From an uncultured Algimonas sp. (GTDB lineage Bacteria > Pseudomonadota > Alphaproteobacteria > Caulobacterales > Maricaulaceae), in assembly GCF_947498175.1 (NCBI RefSeq), contig NZ_CANMJB010000008.1, forward strand, positions 6,234-70,233: 64,000 nt of DNA, in the 5' to 3' direction. How positions within the stretch are numbered: position 1 is the stretch's first letter; every line of letters begins with the position of its first letter. The position numbers and the translations under genes are program-made. Below the pieces are notes generated by a model that had not been told where the DNA came from, searched no databases, and saw only the letters and a list, made by a program, of their open reading frames with translations. Positions 45,812 through 55,612 of this stretch are shown here, in pieces.

Positions 45812-46561
45812 ATGAAAGTTCTCGTCCCGGTCAAGCGCGTGCTTGATTACAACGTCAAAGCCCGCGTCAAACCCGATCAGAGCGGTGTCGATCTCTCCAA
45901 CGTCAAGATGAGCATGAACCCGTTCGACGAAATTGCCGTCGAGGAAGCCGTGCGCCTGCAGGAAGGCGGTACCGCGACGGAAACCATTGCCGTCTCGATC
46001 GGACCGGCCAAGGCGCAGGAGACCATCCGAACTGCACTAGCCATGGGCATGGACCGCGGCGTGCACGTCACGACCGACGAAGATCTGGAGCCGCTCGCGG
46101 TCGCCAAGATCCTCAAGAGCGTGGCCGAAGCCGAAGGCGCCGAGCTGATCCTCATGGGCAAACAGGCCATCGACAATGATTACGGTGCGACCGGCGGCAT
46201 GCTCGCCGCGCTGCTGGACTGGCCGATCGGTCAATATGCCAATACGGTCAGTCCGGGCGAGGGCAGCGTCGAGGTCAAGCGCGAGATCGACGGCGGCCTG
46301 CAGACCGTGAACCTGAAGCTTCCAGCCGTGGTCACGACCGATCTGCGGCTCAACGAGCCGCGCTATGCATCGTTACCCAACATCATGAAGGCCAAGCGCA
46401 AGCCGATCGAAGCCAAGACGCCAGACGATTTCGGCGTCGATACGACGCCGCGCCTGACGGTCGTGAAGGTGACGGAACCCAAAGCCCGCGAAGCCGGTAT
46501 CAAGGTCGACGATGTCGCGACCCTCGTCGATAAACTCAAGAACGAAGCAGGAGTGCTCTAA
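45812..46561 (+). CDS. etfB: electron transfer flavoprotein subunit beta
   Basis: 249 aa. [16 protein letters not shown]..., [26 protein letters not shown]. Confidence 0.95.
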   Translation: MKVLVPVKRVLDYNVKARVKPDQSGVDLSNVKMSMNPFDEIAVEEAVRLQEGGTATETIAVSIGPAKAQETIRTALAMGMDRGVHVTTDEDLEPLAVAKILKSVAEAEGAELILMGKQAIDNDYGATGGMLAALLDWPIGQYANTVSPGEGSVEVKREIDGGLQTVNLKLPAVVTTDLRLNEPRYASLPNIMKAKRKPIEAKTPDDFGVDTTPRLTVVKVTEPKAREAGIKVDDVATLVDKLKNEAGVL

Positions 46562-47499
46562 TGGCCACGCTTGTCGTTGCAGAACATAATAACGCGTCGC
46601 TGGCCGACGCGACCGCCAAGACCGTTACGGCCGCAAAAGCGCTGGGTGGAGACATCGATATTCTTGTGGCGGGCAAGGGCGCTGCCGCTGCTGCCGAAGC
46701 CGCCGGCAGGATTGATGGCGTCCGCGCCGTGATCCACATCGAACACGACCTTCTGGACAAGCAGATGCCCGAAGCCATGGAAGCGACCCTCGTCGCCCTC
46801 ATGGATGGGTACGACGCGCTCATGGCGCCCGATACGACCACGCATAAAGCCTACATGCCGCGCGTCGCCGCCAAGCTCGACACGCAACAGATCAGCTCCG
46901 TCACCGGGATCGAGGACGGCACGTTCGAACGTCCGATCTATGCCGGCAACGCCGTCGCCTATGTCACGTCGGACGACCCCAAGAAGGTCGTCACGGTTCG
47001 TACGACCGCATTTGCCGCGGCGGGCGAAGGCGGTTCGGCTTCTGTCGAAACGAAGGCGACCGAGATCGGCGACATGGGTTCCGAATTCGTGTCCGAAGAG
47101 TTGACGAAATCGGACCGCCCTGAGTTAACAGGCGCAAAGATCGTTATTTCCGGTGGGCGCGGCATGGGGTCGGGCGAAAACTTCTCCATGATCGAAAGTA
47201 TTGCCGACAAGCTCGGCGCCGCCGTCGGGGCCTCGCGCGCCGCCGTCGATGCGGGCTATGTACCTAATGACTACCAAGTCGGCCAGACAGGGAAGGCCGT
47301 GGCGCCAGAACTCTATATCGCCGTCGGCATATCCGGCGCGATCCAGCACCTGGCCGGCATGAAGGACTCCAAAGTCATTGCCGCGATCAACAAGGATGAG
47401 GAAGCCCCGATCTTCCAGGTCGCGGATTACGGATTGGTGGCGGATTTGTTCAAGGCTCTGCCGGAGTTGGAAGCCGAGCTTGAAAAGGTCGGATACTGA
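46561..47499 (+). CDS. etfA: electron transfer flavoprotein subunit alpha
   Basis: 312 aa. FAD-binding region ISGGRGMGS...[12 protein letters not shown]...[24 protein letters not shown]. The start overlaps the etfB stop. Confidence 0.95.
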   Translation: MATLVVAEHNNASLADATAKTVTAAKALGGDIDILVAGKGAAAAAEAAGRIDGVRAVIHIEHDLLDKQMPEAMEATLVALMDGYDALMAPDTTTHKAYMPRVAAKLDTQQISSVTGIEDGTFERPIYAGNAVAYVTSDDPKKVVTVRTTAFAAAGEGGSASVETKATEIGDMGSEFVSEELTKSDRPELTGAKIVISGGRGMGSGENFSMIESIADKLGAAVGASRAAVDAGYVPNDYQVGQTGKAVAPELYIAVGISGAIQHLAGMKDSKVIAAINKDEEAPIFQVADYGLVADLFKALPELEAELEKVGY

Positions 47500-47526
47500 T
47501 CGTTCCGACGACGATACCAAACCTGT

Positions 47527-47551
47527 AAGCCCGCCCAAAGGCGGGCTTTTT
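47527..47551 (+). terminator. Rho-independent terminator after etfA (also directly downstream of the convergent ArsR gene)
   Basis: aagcccgcc-caaa-ggcgggctt followed by tttc. Confidence 0.8.
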
Positions 47552-47907
47552 CATATCGGCTCGACAGGGGGCTCCATGCAATCCGCATCGTCTGCCTGCT
47601 GTTGCGCCGCTCTCGCTTCGCTTTCTTTTTTCAACGGGCGAGTAAAGGGACATACTTCCTGAACGAAGCCATTCAGCGTGTTCGTCAGGCTTTCGGGTAC
47701 GAGCGAGTAGTGGATGTATTGCCCTCGGCGTTCGCGCGTCACAAGGCCAGCATTCTCCAGCACCGACAAATGCTTGCTGAGTGCAGGCTTGGACATGTCG
47801 AAGCGTTCGGCGATCTCGCCCGCCGTCAGGGATGTCGCTGAAAGATAGGCGAGGATGCGACGGCGGGGCGTGGAGGCGAGAGCTGAGAAAATCTTGTCCA
47901 TGAGCAT
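47551..47907 (-). CDS. ArsR/SmtB-family transcriptional regulator
   Basis: 118 aa. ALASTPRRRILAYLSATSLTAGEIAERFDMSKPALSKHLSVLENAGLV winged-HTH signature. Confidence 0.88.
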   Translation of the reverse strand: MLMDKIFSALASTPRRRILAYLSATSLTAGEIAERFDMSKPALSKHLSVLENAGLVTRERRGQYIHYSLVPESLTNTLNGFVQEVCPFTRPLKKESEARAAQQQADDADCMEPPVEPI

Positions 47908-47933
47908 CAGAATCCAAAACCGAGCAAAAATCC

Positions 47934-47993
47934 ATTTAACCTATTGACTAAATACTTAAACAGGGTCAGAGGAATTTAGCTAACTGGTTAAAT
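47934..47993. promoter_or_regulatory. imperfect 20-bp inverted repeat (16/20 matching) with a 20-bp spacer in the AT-rich divergent region; candidate ArsR-family operator
   Basis: atttaacctattgactaaat (47934-53) versus atttagctaactggttaaat (47974-93), whose reverse complement is atttaaccagttagctaaat. A TTGACT hexamer lies inside the left arm. Confidence 0.4.
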
Positions 47994-48030
47994 ATAGCCG
48001 GAATGGCGGAAATAGCAAGAAGAGCAGCAT

Positions 48031-48405
48031 ATGCTTGGAATAACTTATCTGATTTATGTCGTCATATCTCTGAGCTTGACGGTCTGGGTCGGTCGGACGC
48101 TCAACCGCAATGGCAAGGTGTTCTTGAACCATCTCTACGAGGATGCGCCGCATCTCGTCGATGCAATCAGCAACATGTTGCTGGTCGGCTTCTATCTCAT
48201 CAATATCGGCTTTGTTGCCTATACGTTGCGCATCTCCGGAGTGGGTCCTATAAATTGGGCGCAAGTCATCGAATTTCTGGCCGTCAAGATCGGGCTAATT
48301 GCCATCGTCTTGGGTGTGATGCATTTTGCTCTGATGTTCTTGCTGCAACGCTATGCACAGATCATCAAGTCGGTGGCGGCGAAGGCTGGTCCGCAGTCGG
48401 CGTGA
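48031..48405 (+). CDS. small hypothetical membrane protein divergent from the ArsR-family gene
   Basis: 124 aa with 4 hydrophobic helices (LIYVVISLSLTVWV, LLVGFYLINIGFVAY, VKIGLIAIVLGVMHFALMFLL). Lower G+C. Confidence 0.55.
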   Translation: MLGITYLIYVVISLSLTVWVGRTLNRNGKVFLNHLYEDAPHLVDAISNMLLVGFYLINIGFVAYTLRISGVGPINWAQVIEFLAVKIGLIAIVLGVMHFALMFLLQRYAQIIKSVAAKAGPQSA

Positions 48406-48417
48406 TGCCACAATACG

Positions 48418-48445
48418 AGGCCTGCGATCATTTGCGGGCCTTATT
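48418..48445. terminator. hairpin between convergent genes
   Basis: aggcctgc-gatcattt-gcgggcct (8-bp stem with one G-U pair) followed by tatt; weak U-tract. Confidence 0.4.
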
Positions 48446-48455
48446 CGGTCTCTGA

Positions 48456-51305
48456 TTAGGCGGCTTGGCTGTTTTCACATTGCACGGCACGGCCACTGTA
48501 CTTTTCCAGCACTTCGAGTAATTCCGTCTGCTTCACAGGCTTGGTCAGGTAATAGGTCATGCCCGCATCCAAGCAGTCCTGACGATCGTTCTTCAACGCA
48601 TGCCCTGTGAGCGCAATGATGGGGATGGGATTGGCCGTGTCGTTGTCCGCTTCGAAAGCCCGGATGCGGCCCGTGGCTTCGAAACCGTCCATGACAGGCA
48701 TGGAGACATCCATCAGGATGAGCGGAAAGCGGTCGCGGTCTTCCATGAACATGTCGAAAGCAATCTTGCCGTTTTCGGCGAAAACCGGGTCGAAAGCGGT
48801 CTCGACAAGCATCAGCCGGACGACGTCGCGATTGAGCGGGAAGTCTTCCGCAACGAGTATTTCCTGTTTGTCCGGCTTTACAACACGAGACGTCATGACC
48901 TCTGCTTCAGTTTCGGGATCCGGAGCCGTTCTGGCTTTGTGTTGAGTGTCCTCCTGTTGAGTGTCCTCAGCGGGTGCAGATACGTTTTTCGGCATCGAAA
49001 TGTCCGAAAGCAGGGAGTCGAGCAAAGCATCCGTTTCCGATGCCGAAATCGTCGTGTCGTTCCGGGGCGATTCATGTGGAACCGAGCTTGCACCGGACTC
49101 GGGGTGTTCGCTGGCAAGCTGTACCGGGCTGTAAACGTCGTCAGACGGTTGGTCGGCCTCAGCCATAACGGGTTCGGAAAAGGTTTCCCGACTGGTTTCA
49201 GTCTGGGCGGACGGTGTATCCAGGATCGCGTTCAGCGTCTGCACGGAAGCTTCGACTTCTCCGGGCTCCGGCATCTCGTTGCTGGTTTCCGGGTCGGGCG
49301 AAACAGGTTGAGACCTGGCTTCATGCTTGCCGAGCATCCGTCCCAGCGTTTCGAACAGGCGCCGCTCCCGGACAGGCTTGACGAGATAGGTCTCGATTCC
49401 AATCGCGGCCAATTCCTGGCTGGTTACCGATTGGTCGCAGGAAGACAGCATGACGATCGGCGGGATCGGCAAGGTGGACTGTTTGGACAGCATGGAAGCG
49501 AGTTCGCGGCCATTCACGCCAGGCATCAGATAATCCAGTACGATCACATCGTATGGCTTCGCATCTGAGTCGCTGGCGGACGCTTTCAGCGCTTCCGCCG
49601 CCTCGACGCCGTTCTTCGCCGTGTCGCTGGTCATGCCCCAGCCGGCGAGCTGGTCGGACAGGATCTGGCAATTGACGTCGATATCGTCGACGATCAAGGC
49701 ATGCTTGCCGTTCAGAGCGGCGATGTCGTAGGTTTCCGCCCGCGCATCATGGTCGATCGTCAACGGAATTTTGACTCCGAAGGTCGAACCCATGCCGACC
49801 TCGGAAGTCAGGTAAATCTTGCCGTTCATCATTTCGACGATGCGCTTGGTGATGGCGAGGCCGAGGCCGGTGCCGCCATAGACGCGTGTCGTCGATCCGT
49901 CGGCCTGGGTGAACTTGTCGAAGATGGATTCGACGCTTTCCGGCGCGATGCCGATCCCCGTATCCGTGACATCGATTGTAACGACCGGCCGGTCCGCATC
50001 ATCCGGATCCGGTGCGACATTGACATCGATTTTGACATAACCGTCGGCCGTGAATTTGATCGCATTGCCGACGAGATTGGTCAGAACTTGTCGAATCCGT
50101 CCGGCATCACCGATGAAATTCGCGGGCAGGCCACCAGGGTAGTTTATGATCAGCTCCAGACCCTTGTCCTGCGCGTTCGCCACCAACAAGGCCATGACGT
50201 CATTGACGGACGATTTGAGATCGAACGGCATCGGGTCGAGCTCCAGTGCCCCGGCCTCGATCTTCGAGAAGTCGAGAATGTCATTGATTATGCACAGCAA
50301 GGCACTGGCGGAACTGGTGATGACGTTGACATACTCGCGCTGACGTTCGTCGATGCCCGAAAGCGCGAGCAATTCGGCCATGCCGAGAATGCCGTTCATG
50401 GGCGTCCGGATCTCGTGGCTCATATTGGCCAAAAATTCCGACTTGGCCTTGCTGGCTTGTATCGCTTGATCCTTAGCCGCCTCGATCGTCGCTTTCTGGC
50501 GATGTTCTCGTTCCGTATCCGTGACGAAGGCGCGGATCCTCTGCGGGCGGCCTTGCGAGTCCCTGACCAGCTCGCCGAGCGTACGGCTCCAGCGCATATT
50601 GCCTCTGCCAGTGATCGTGCGGATTTCGAATTCGAAACGGCCGCCATTCTTGTTCATGTCCCGCAGCGCCCGGGTCATGATGTCCCGGTCGTCGGGATGG
50701 GCCACGATCGCCAAGCCCTTTTCCTGGATGACGTCGATCTTCTCGCGTGAATAGTACTGGATCATGGACTTCGAGAATTCGTACTTTTTCGTGTCCAGAT
50801 CGAAGAACCAATATCCGGACCGGCCGAGTTGCAAGGCGGCGTCCAGCATTTCGTCTTTTTCGACCAGTTCGCTGACATCCGATGAGACCGATATCGTATA
50901 GCCGTTGTCGAGCACCTGGCGGCAGAACCGCTGCGTCGAACCGTCTCCGAGCTGGATCAGCCGCGTCGTGATGTCCTTTCCTTCTTCGATATTCGTCCGG
51001 TGTTCGGCTTCGGATAACCGATTCCGCTCCATGATTTCTGGCGTGAGATAACCGTTGCGGGTCATCAATTCGTGCATTTTGGTCAGAGGGTCGCCAAGTT
51101 CGATGTCGCCATGCTTCATGCCCATCTTGTAGAGGGTGGCACTGGACATCATGCGATAGCGCATGTCTTGGTCCAGGATCGCGACACCGACATCCAGGTG
51201 CTTCAACAGCATGTCCAGGAACTCGGCCTCCTTGCCCGGCTCGACGATCGCCGAGTGGTTAGGGTGGCTGGGATCGTTGAAAGCCCCTTTTGCCGTATCG
51301 TTCAT
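48456..51305 (-). CDS. cytoplasmic hybrid sensor histidine kinase/response regulator (PAS-PAS-HisKA-HATPase-REC-linker-REC)
   Basis: 949 aa. H-box [12 protein letters not shown] boxes ([23 protein letters not shown]). Two receiver domains ([10 protein letters not shown]...DYLMPGVNG and [10 protein letters not shown]...[10 protein letters not shown]) separated by a ~190-aa low-complexity linker. No TM segment. Confidence 0.92.
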   Translation of the reverse strand: MNDTAKGAFNDPSHPNHSAIVEPGKEAEFLDMLLKHLDVGVAILDQDMRYRMMSSATLYKMGMKHGDIELGDPLTKMHELMTRNGYLTPEIMERNRLSEAEHRTNIEEGKDITTRLIQLGDGSTQRFCRQVLDNGYTISVSSDVSELVEKDEMLDAALQLGRSGYWFFDLDTKKYEFSKSMIQYYSREKIDVIQEKGLAIVAHPDDRDIMTRALRDMNKNGGRFEFEIRTITGRGNMRWSRTLGELVRDSQGRPQRIRAFVTDTEREHRQKATIEAAKDQAIQASKAKSEFLANMSHEIRTPMNGILGMAELLALSGIDERQREYVNVITSSASALLCIINDILDFSKIEAGALELDPMPFDLKSSVNDVMALLVANAQDKGLELIINYPGGLPANFIGDAGRIRQVLTNLVGNAIKFTADGYVKIDVNVAPDPDDADRPVVTIDVTDTGIGIAPESVESIFDKFTQADGSTTRVYGGTGLGLAITKRIVEMMNGKIYLTSEVGMGSTFGVKIPLTIDHDARAETYDIAALNGKHALIVDDIDVNCQILSDQLAGWGMTSDTAKNGVEAAEALKASASDSDAKPYDVIVLDYLMPGVNGRELASMLSKQSTLPIPPIVMLSSCDQSVTSQELAAIGIETYLVKPVRERRLFETLGRMLGKHEARSQPVSPDPETSNEMPEPGEVEASVQTLNAILDTPSAQTETSRETFSEPVMAEADQPSDDVYSPVQLASEHPESGASSVPHESPRNDTTISASETDALLDSLLSDISMPKNVSAPAEDTQQEDTQHKARTAPDPETEAEVMTSRVVKPDKQEILVAEDFPLNRDVVRLMLVETAFDPVFAENGKIAFDMFMEDRDRFPLILMDVSMPVMDGFEATGRIRAFEADNDTANPIPIIALTGHALKNDRQDCLDAGMTYYLTKPVKQTELLEVLEKYSGRAVQCENSQAA
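48940..48968. repeat. 15-bp tandem duplication inside the kinase linker
   Basis: tgttgagtgtcctc occurs at 48940-53 and 48955-68. It encodes [10 protein letters not shown] on the minus strand. Confidence 0.8.
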
Positions 51306-51377
51306 TATGCCCTCGCCCGGACGACGGAAATATCGTTTCGAGTCGGCCTAGTGACGCAGAGACGTTAATAATTTTGC

Positions 51378-51416
51378 AAAAAAAAGCCGGACGCTTGCAA
51401 CAGCAAGGTCCGGCTT
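51378..51416 (-). terminator. strong Rho-independent terminator (minus strand)
   Basis: Minus strand reads aagccggac-cttgc-tgtt-gcaag-c-gtccggctt, followed by a T-run (8 consecutive T including the 2 paired). About 14 bp of stem. Confidence 0.85.
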
Positions 51417-51500
51417 GAGTCTTCGCAATCCAGTCGGGGAGAGTGACTTGCGGTATTAAAACACAGCAGCGGCAGAAGGGGAGGACGTCGCTGTGTGTCG
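51378..51500 (-). ncRNA. candidate small RNA with two CU-rich (anti-SD-like) hairpin loops plus a terminator; 5' end undetermined
   Basis: Minus strand. Hairpin 1 (51499-51460): 10 Watson-Crick pairs with one bulge and a 17-nt loop acguCCUCCCCUUCUgc. Hairpin 2 (51452-51424): bulged, with loop aCUCUCCCC. Then the terminator at 51416-51378. No convincing ORF or RBS. Lies 100-220 nt downstream of the lysR-type gene stop. Confidence 0.35.
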
Positions 51501-51596
51501 AGCTTCATTTAGGCATTCCGGCCGACCGGTAGAACCGATAGGAGCGCAAAAGAGCCATGCAGTTACGCATGCAGAGGCAGAGCAGTGACTGCTGGG

Positions 51597-52508
51597 TCAA
51601 TCGATCGAGGGCGATGTCCGCGCGACGCGTTGCAGAAATTCCCGGAACACCTTGGCCTTGGCGGATCCACGAAGTTCTGAAGGATAGACAAAATACAGAT
51701 CGAAGCTTTCGCCGCGCACTTCGGGCAGGATCCGCACCAGACGGCGGCTGGATGCGATCATGTAATCCGGGAGACCGGCCAATCCGATACCGGCTTCCGC
51801 TGCCCGCATGATGCCGTGCAGATTGTTGATGCTCATGATCGGTTTGCGCGGGCCTTCCCCGTCCTCGCGACCCACCGATAAAGCCCAGTTGGAGCTTTGC
51901 AGCTTTGCCGGCAACAATTCGCCAAAAGCCACGATTTTATGTGTGTCGAGATCGGGTGCGGATAAAGGCGCGCCGAACTCCGCCAGGTATCCGGGCGATG
52001 CATAAAGAGATTGCGTGATCTGACCAAGCTTGCGTTCGATCAGGTCGCCTTGGGTGGAAGGCCACGGCCGAAGCGCGCAATCCACGTCGAAAGCCATTAG
52101 GTCATGCTCGCTGTCTTCGAGGATCAGCTGGATCTCGATTTCCGGATAGGCTTTCATGAATTCCGGCAGGACGGTCGTCAGCCAGTTGGACCCGAGCGAT
52201 ATGGGCGAACTGACGCGCAGGACGCCTTGTGGCAGCTGCCGCACATTCTGGACGTTTGCGAGACTCTTGGCGATCTGGCCGTGGACTTCGGTCGTTGTCT
52301 TGAACAGGACCGTTCCTTCTTCCGTCAGTGTCAGACCGCGCGCGTGGCGGTGGAACAGCGGCAAGCTCATCCTGTCTTCCAAGGCTGCGATCTGCCGCGA
52401 CACGGCCGATTGCGAAATGCCGAGATCCTGCGCCGCACGGGTCAACGAACCAGTCCTCGCCGCGGCATGGAAAGTCTTGAGTTTGTCCCAGTCGATCGTT
52501 TCCGGCAT
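51597..52508 (-). CDS. LysR-family transcriptional regulator
   Basis: Preferred start is ATG 52508 (MPETIDWDKLKTFHAAARTGSLTRAAQDLGISQSAVSRQIAALE). 303 aa. Confidence 0.9.
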   Translation of the reverse strand: MPETIDWDKLKTFHAAARTGSLTRAAQDLGISQSAVSRQIAALEDRMSLPLFHRHARGLTLTEEGTVLFKTTTEVHGQIAKSLANVQNVRQLPQGVLRVSSPISLGSNWLTTVLPEFMKAYPEIEIQLILEDSEHDLMAFDVDCALRPWPSTQGDLIERKLGQITQSLYASPGYLAEFGAPLSAPDLDTHKIVAFGELLPAKLQSSNWALSVGREDGEGPRKPIMSINNLHGIMRAAEAGIGLAGLPDYMIASSRRLVRILPEVRGESFDLYFVYPSELRGSAKAKVFREFLQRVARTSPSID

Positions 52509-52557
52509 GATGTGGTCCTGTCCGTTCTCCGGCAGCGAGCGGCCTCGAGGTGATCGG

Positions 52558-53613
52558 TTACTCCGCTGCTTGGACCGCGTCGCTGAGCGTCTCCAGCTCT
52601 TCCTTGCGTGCGGCGATGTCGTCCACGAGCTCTTCGCCGATATTGTCAGCTGCATCCTTTGCGCCCATCGCGTCCTTGGCGGCAAGCCAGCGTTCTGCCT
52701 CGAGCGCGGCCATGCAGCCCAGGCCGGCAGCCGTCACGGCTTGCCGATAGGTCTCGTCCGATACGTCGCCGGCTGCGAAAACGCCCGGCACATTAGTGCG
52801 CGTACTGTCGGGCGCGCTAATGATGTATCCGCCGTCGTTCATTTCCACATGGCCTTGGAAGATTTCCGTGGCAGGTTTGTGGCCTATGGCGATGAAGACG
52901 CCGTGGGCCGGCAAAATGCGTTCCTCGCCGGTCTGGGCATGCCGGATGCGCGCGCCCGTCACGCTCGGCATGGGTTTCAGATCGCCGACAATTTCCTCCA
53001 TCGTGTGGTCCCAGAGGATTTCGACATTATCTTTGGCGAACAACCGCTCTTGCAGGATTTTCTCGGCGCGCAGGCTGTCCCGGCGATGGATCAGCGTAAC
53101 CTTGCTGGCCAGACCGGAAAGGTAAAGCGCTTCTTCCACAGCCGTATTGCCGCCGCCCACCACTACGACCTCCTTGCCGCGATAGAAAAAACCGTCGCAA
53201 GTTGCGCAGGCCGATACGCCGAAGCCGCCAAACGTCTCTTCGCTCGGCAGGCCGAGCCATTTGGCTTGGGCACCAGTGGCGATGATGACCGCATCCGCCG
53301 TATAGACCTTGCCGCTGTCGCCGACCGCCTTGAAGGGGTGGCCGGAAAAATCGACATCGACGATCATGTCTTCGTAGAACTCCGTGCCGAACTTCAAGGC
53401 ATGCTCCTTGAACTTTTCCATCAGTTCGGGCCCCATGATGTCGGGAAATCCGGGATAGTTCTCGACATCCGTCGTGATCGTCAGCTGTCCGCCCGGCTGT
53501 AGGCCCGCAACGATGGCCGGCTTCAGAAGCGCCCGGGCCGCGTAGACGGCGGCCGTGTAACCGGCAGGTCCGGATCCAATGACCAGGACGGGATGATGAA
53601 CGCTGTCGCTCAT
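52558..53613 (-). CDS. trxB: thioredoxin-disulfide reductase
   Basis: Preferred start is ATG 53613. GSGPAGYTAA FAD motif, redox CATCDG, GGGNTAVEEA NADPH motif. About 28 extra acidic C-terminal residues compared with the E. coli enzyme, as I remember it. Confidence 0.94.
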   Translation of the reverse strand: MSDSVHHPVLVIGSGPAGYTAAVYAARALLKPAIVAGLQPGGQLTITTDVENYPGFPDIMGPELMEKFKEHALKFGTEFYEDMIVDVDFSGHPFKAVGDSGKVYTADAVIIATGAQAKWLGLPSEETFGGFGVSACATCDGFFYRGKEVVVVGGGNTAVEEALYLSGLASKVTLIHRRDSLRAEKILQERLFAKDNVEILWDHTMEEIVGDLKPMPSVTGARIRHAQTGEERILPAHGVFIAIGHKPATEIFQGHVEMNDGGYIISAPDSTRTNVPGVFAAGDVSDETYRQAVTAAGLGCMAALEAERWLAAKDAMGAKDAADNIGEELVDDIAARKEELETLSDAVQAAE

Positions 53614-53758
53614 TGAAAAACCTTTCATTTGAACGGCAGAGGTAGGGCGCGGGGCCATCCGCCGCAAGCGCGGGAGGGTCTCAATTCTGTGAACGGCTGG
53701 CTGGCGATGGTGCGAGCGGCGGTGCCGTATGGACCACAGTAACCATCGGCAGGAAGGA

Positions 53759-54709
53759 TCATCGATTGCGATACCGTTCCAGAACGCGGTCCGCAATGCG
53801 GGCTGTCTCGTCCAGCGGCGCATAATCTGGATCATCGATGCGGCCGTCCCACCGTCTGACGCCGCAGCGATGTCGAAGCACCTCATATAGATCGGCGAAC
53901 TTCCCCGGATCGCCCTGCATGGGCAAACGATAGACGGGCTTGCCTGTCGTGCAGGCTTCGGTCAGCATATTCGTGCTGTCCTCCGAGACTAGGATAATTT
54001 TCGCCCCGCCGAGAAAGGCGAAATAGGGATTGTGTCCAGCAGCGTCTGGTGTGTGCAGCCAAACATCATTAGGCCGGCCGTTGGCGAAGGCCCGCCATTG
54101 GTCCTGCACAAGGTCCGGTGTGCGCCGGGATGTGGTGATGAGCAGACTGTAGCCGCCATCCGCTAAGTTCCTGGCGGCTTTCAGATGCGCGTCTGTCGTT
54201 GCAGCGTCCATATCATGGGTATGGCTTGGGCCGCCGATCGCAATCATGGCGCGCGGCATGGGCAAGGTCGAAAGACGGTCGGCATGAGCCAGCGTCTCCG
54301 CGATTATGAGGTCGCGTGTAACCCGATTCGGCGACCCGATCATCGTTTCGACGGATGGTCCCGACAGGCCGTCATGCTTCGGCGCGACGACAAGATCGAA
54401 ACGCGACGGCTCGGTGCGCGGATCCTGGACATAGACCGTAAAATCGCATCGCCCCTTGCGGCGCACCGACAATAGAGCGGCGATGGCCTGACGGCCGCAT
54501 CCGATTATTATGTCGGCTGGTGGCAGACCGAAATCACGTTTTACCGCCAACTGAATCCATGGTGGCAAGGCTGCGAAAGCCGGTCCGGACGCGAGGATGT
54601 GTGTGGCGATCCGGCAATCCGTTCCGACCTGACGGCAGATTGCTTCGGCCAAGCCGAGCGCCTGATTCTCGATCCCGCGCCGACCGTCCGAGGCGACGAG
54701 GAGTTTCAC
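53759..54709 (-). CDS. ELM1/GtrOC1-like putative glycosyltransferase (DUF1022-type)
   Basis: 316 aa. GTG start. MKLLVASDGRRGIENQALGLAEAI N-terminus, as in alphaproteobacterial ELM1-family proteins. Confidence 0.78.
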   Translation of the reverse strand: MKLLVASDGRRGIENQALGLAEAICRQVGTDCRIATHILASGPAFAALPPWIQLAVKRDFGLPPADIIIGCGRQAIAALLSVRRKGRCDFTVYVQDPRTEPSRFDLVVAPKHDGLSGPSVETMIGSPNRVTRDLIIAETLAHADRLSTLPMPRAMIAIGGPSHTHDMDAATTDAHLKAARNLADGGYSLLITTSRRTPDLVQDQWRAFANGRPNDVWLHTPDAAGHNPYFAFLGGAKIILVSEDSTNMLTEACTTGKPVYRLPMQGDPGKFADLYEVLRHRCGVRRWDGRIDDPDYAPLDETARIADRVLERYRNR

Positions 54710-54720
54710 ACGTCGAACTC

Positions 54721-55203
54721 TCAGCCCGCTTCCGGATAGCCGATATCCAGGATTTCGTATCCTTTGGCACCGCCCGGCGCAACGACTTCGAAGACGTCTC
54801 CGACTTCCTTGCCCATCATGGCGCGCGCGATCGGGCTGGTATTCGAAATCTTGCCGTCTTTCACATCGGCTTCGTCTTCGCCCACGATCCGGTAGGACGC
54901 TTCCTCATCCGTGTCTTCGTTGACGATTTTGACGCGCGCCCCGAAGGTAACCTTGTCGCCGCTCAAGCCGGACGTATCGATGATCTGGGCCAAGGACAGC
55001 TTGGATTCCAGTTCCTGTATGCGCCCTTCGATAAAACCCTGCTTTTCCTTTGCCGCGTGATATTCCGCATTCTCGGACAGGTCGCCATGGTCACGGGCCA
55101 CGGAAATGGCCTGAATGATATCAGGCCGCTCAACTGTCTTGAGATGCTTGAGCTCCGTTTGGAGCGCAGCATGCCCATCCGGAGTCATTGGGAATTTCTG
55201 CAT
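54721..55203 (-). CDS. greA: transcription elongation factor GreA
   Basis: Preferred start is ATG 55203 ([22 protein letters not shown]...). [13 protein letters not shown] motif. 160 aa. Confidence 0.95.
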   Translation of the reverse strand: MQKFPMTPDGHAALQTELKHLKTVERPDIIQAISVARDHGDLSENAEYHAAKEKQGFIEGRIQELESKLSLAQIIDTSGLSGDKVTFGARVKIVNEDTDEEASYRIVGEDEADVKDGKISNTSPIARAMMGKEVGDVFEVVAPGGAKGYEILDIGYPEAG

Positions 55204-55453
55204 AAATCTGTCTCGCAGACGAAAAGTGGTCGCGACGCAGGACGGCGCCGCACATAAGCGAAGAACATTTAGAGGCTTTGCAGGTGTGATCAAGAGATTA
55301 CGGGCAGGAAACCGTCTTATGCGCAGATCACCGTTCGATGAACCAGTGCGCTATCAAGCTGTCCGGAAGGATCATGGTTATGCCGTTTCGCACTAGCGCG
55401 AAGCCAGCAATGGCGGCGTGTTGCGGCCTGAATTGAAGGGCGGTTTTCGGTGT

Positions 55454-55483
55454 GAAGCGGTGGGAGTGCCATCCCGCCGCTTC
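55454..55483. other. isolated 12-bp hairpin in the greA/peptidase divergent region
   Basis: gaagcggtggga-gtgcca-tcccgccgcttc (one G-U pair). No adjacent U-tract on either strand. Confidence 0.5.
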
Positions 55484-55612
55484 ATGTCCGGTCCATTCTT
55501 CGAAAGGAGACGAGAAAAAGAAACGAACGCGCCGTCTCTGTAAATTCCGTCACGAAGAGTCAAGGTTTGCAGCGCGTTGCGACACCGCCAGTCATCGCTT
55601 ACGGACAAGGGT

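Noticed and set aside
51361-51505. 49-codon minus-strand ORF (MKLDTQRRPPLLPLLCFNTASHS...) inside the candidate sRNA region.
   Set aside because: There is no Shine-Dalgarno sequence upstream. The frame runs straight through the terminator hairpin and U-tract, and the peptide looks random.
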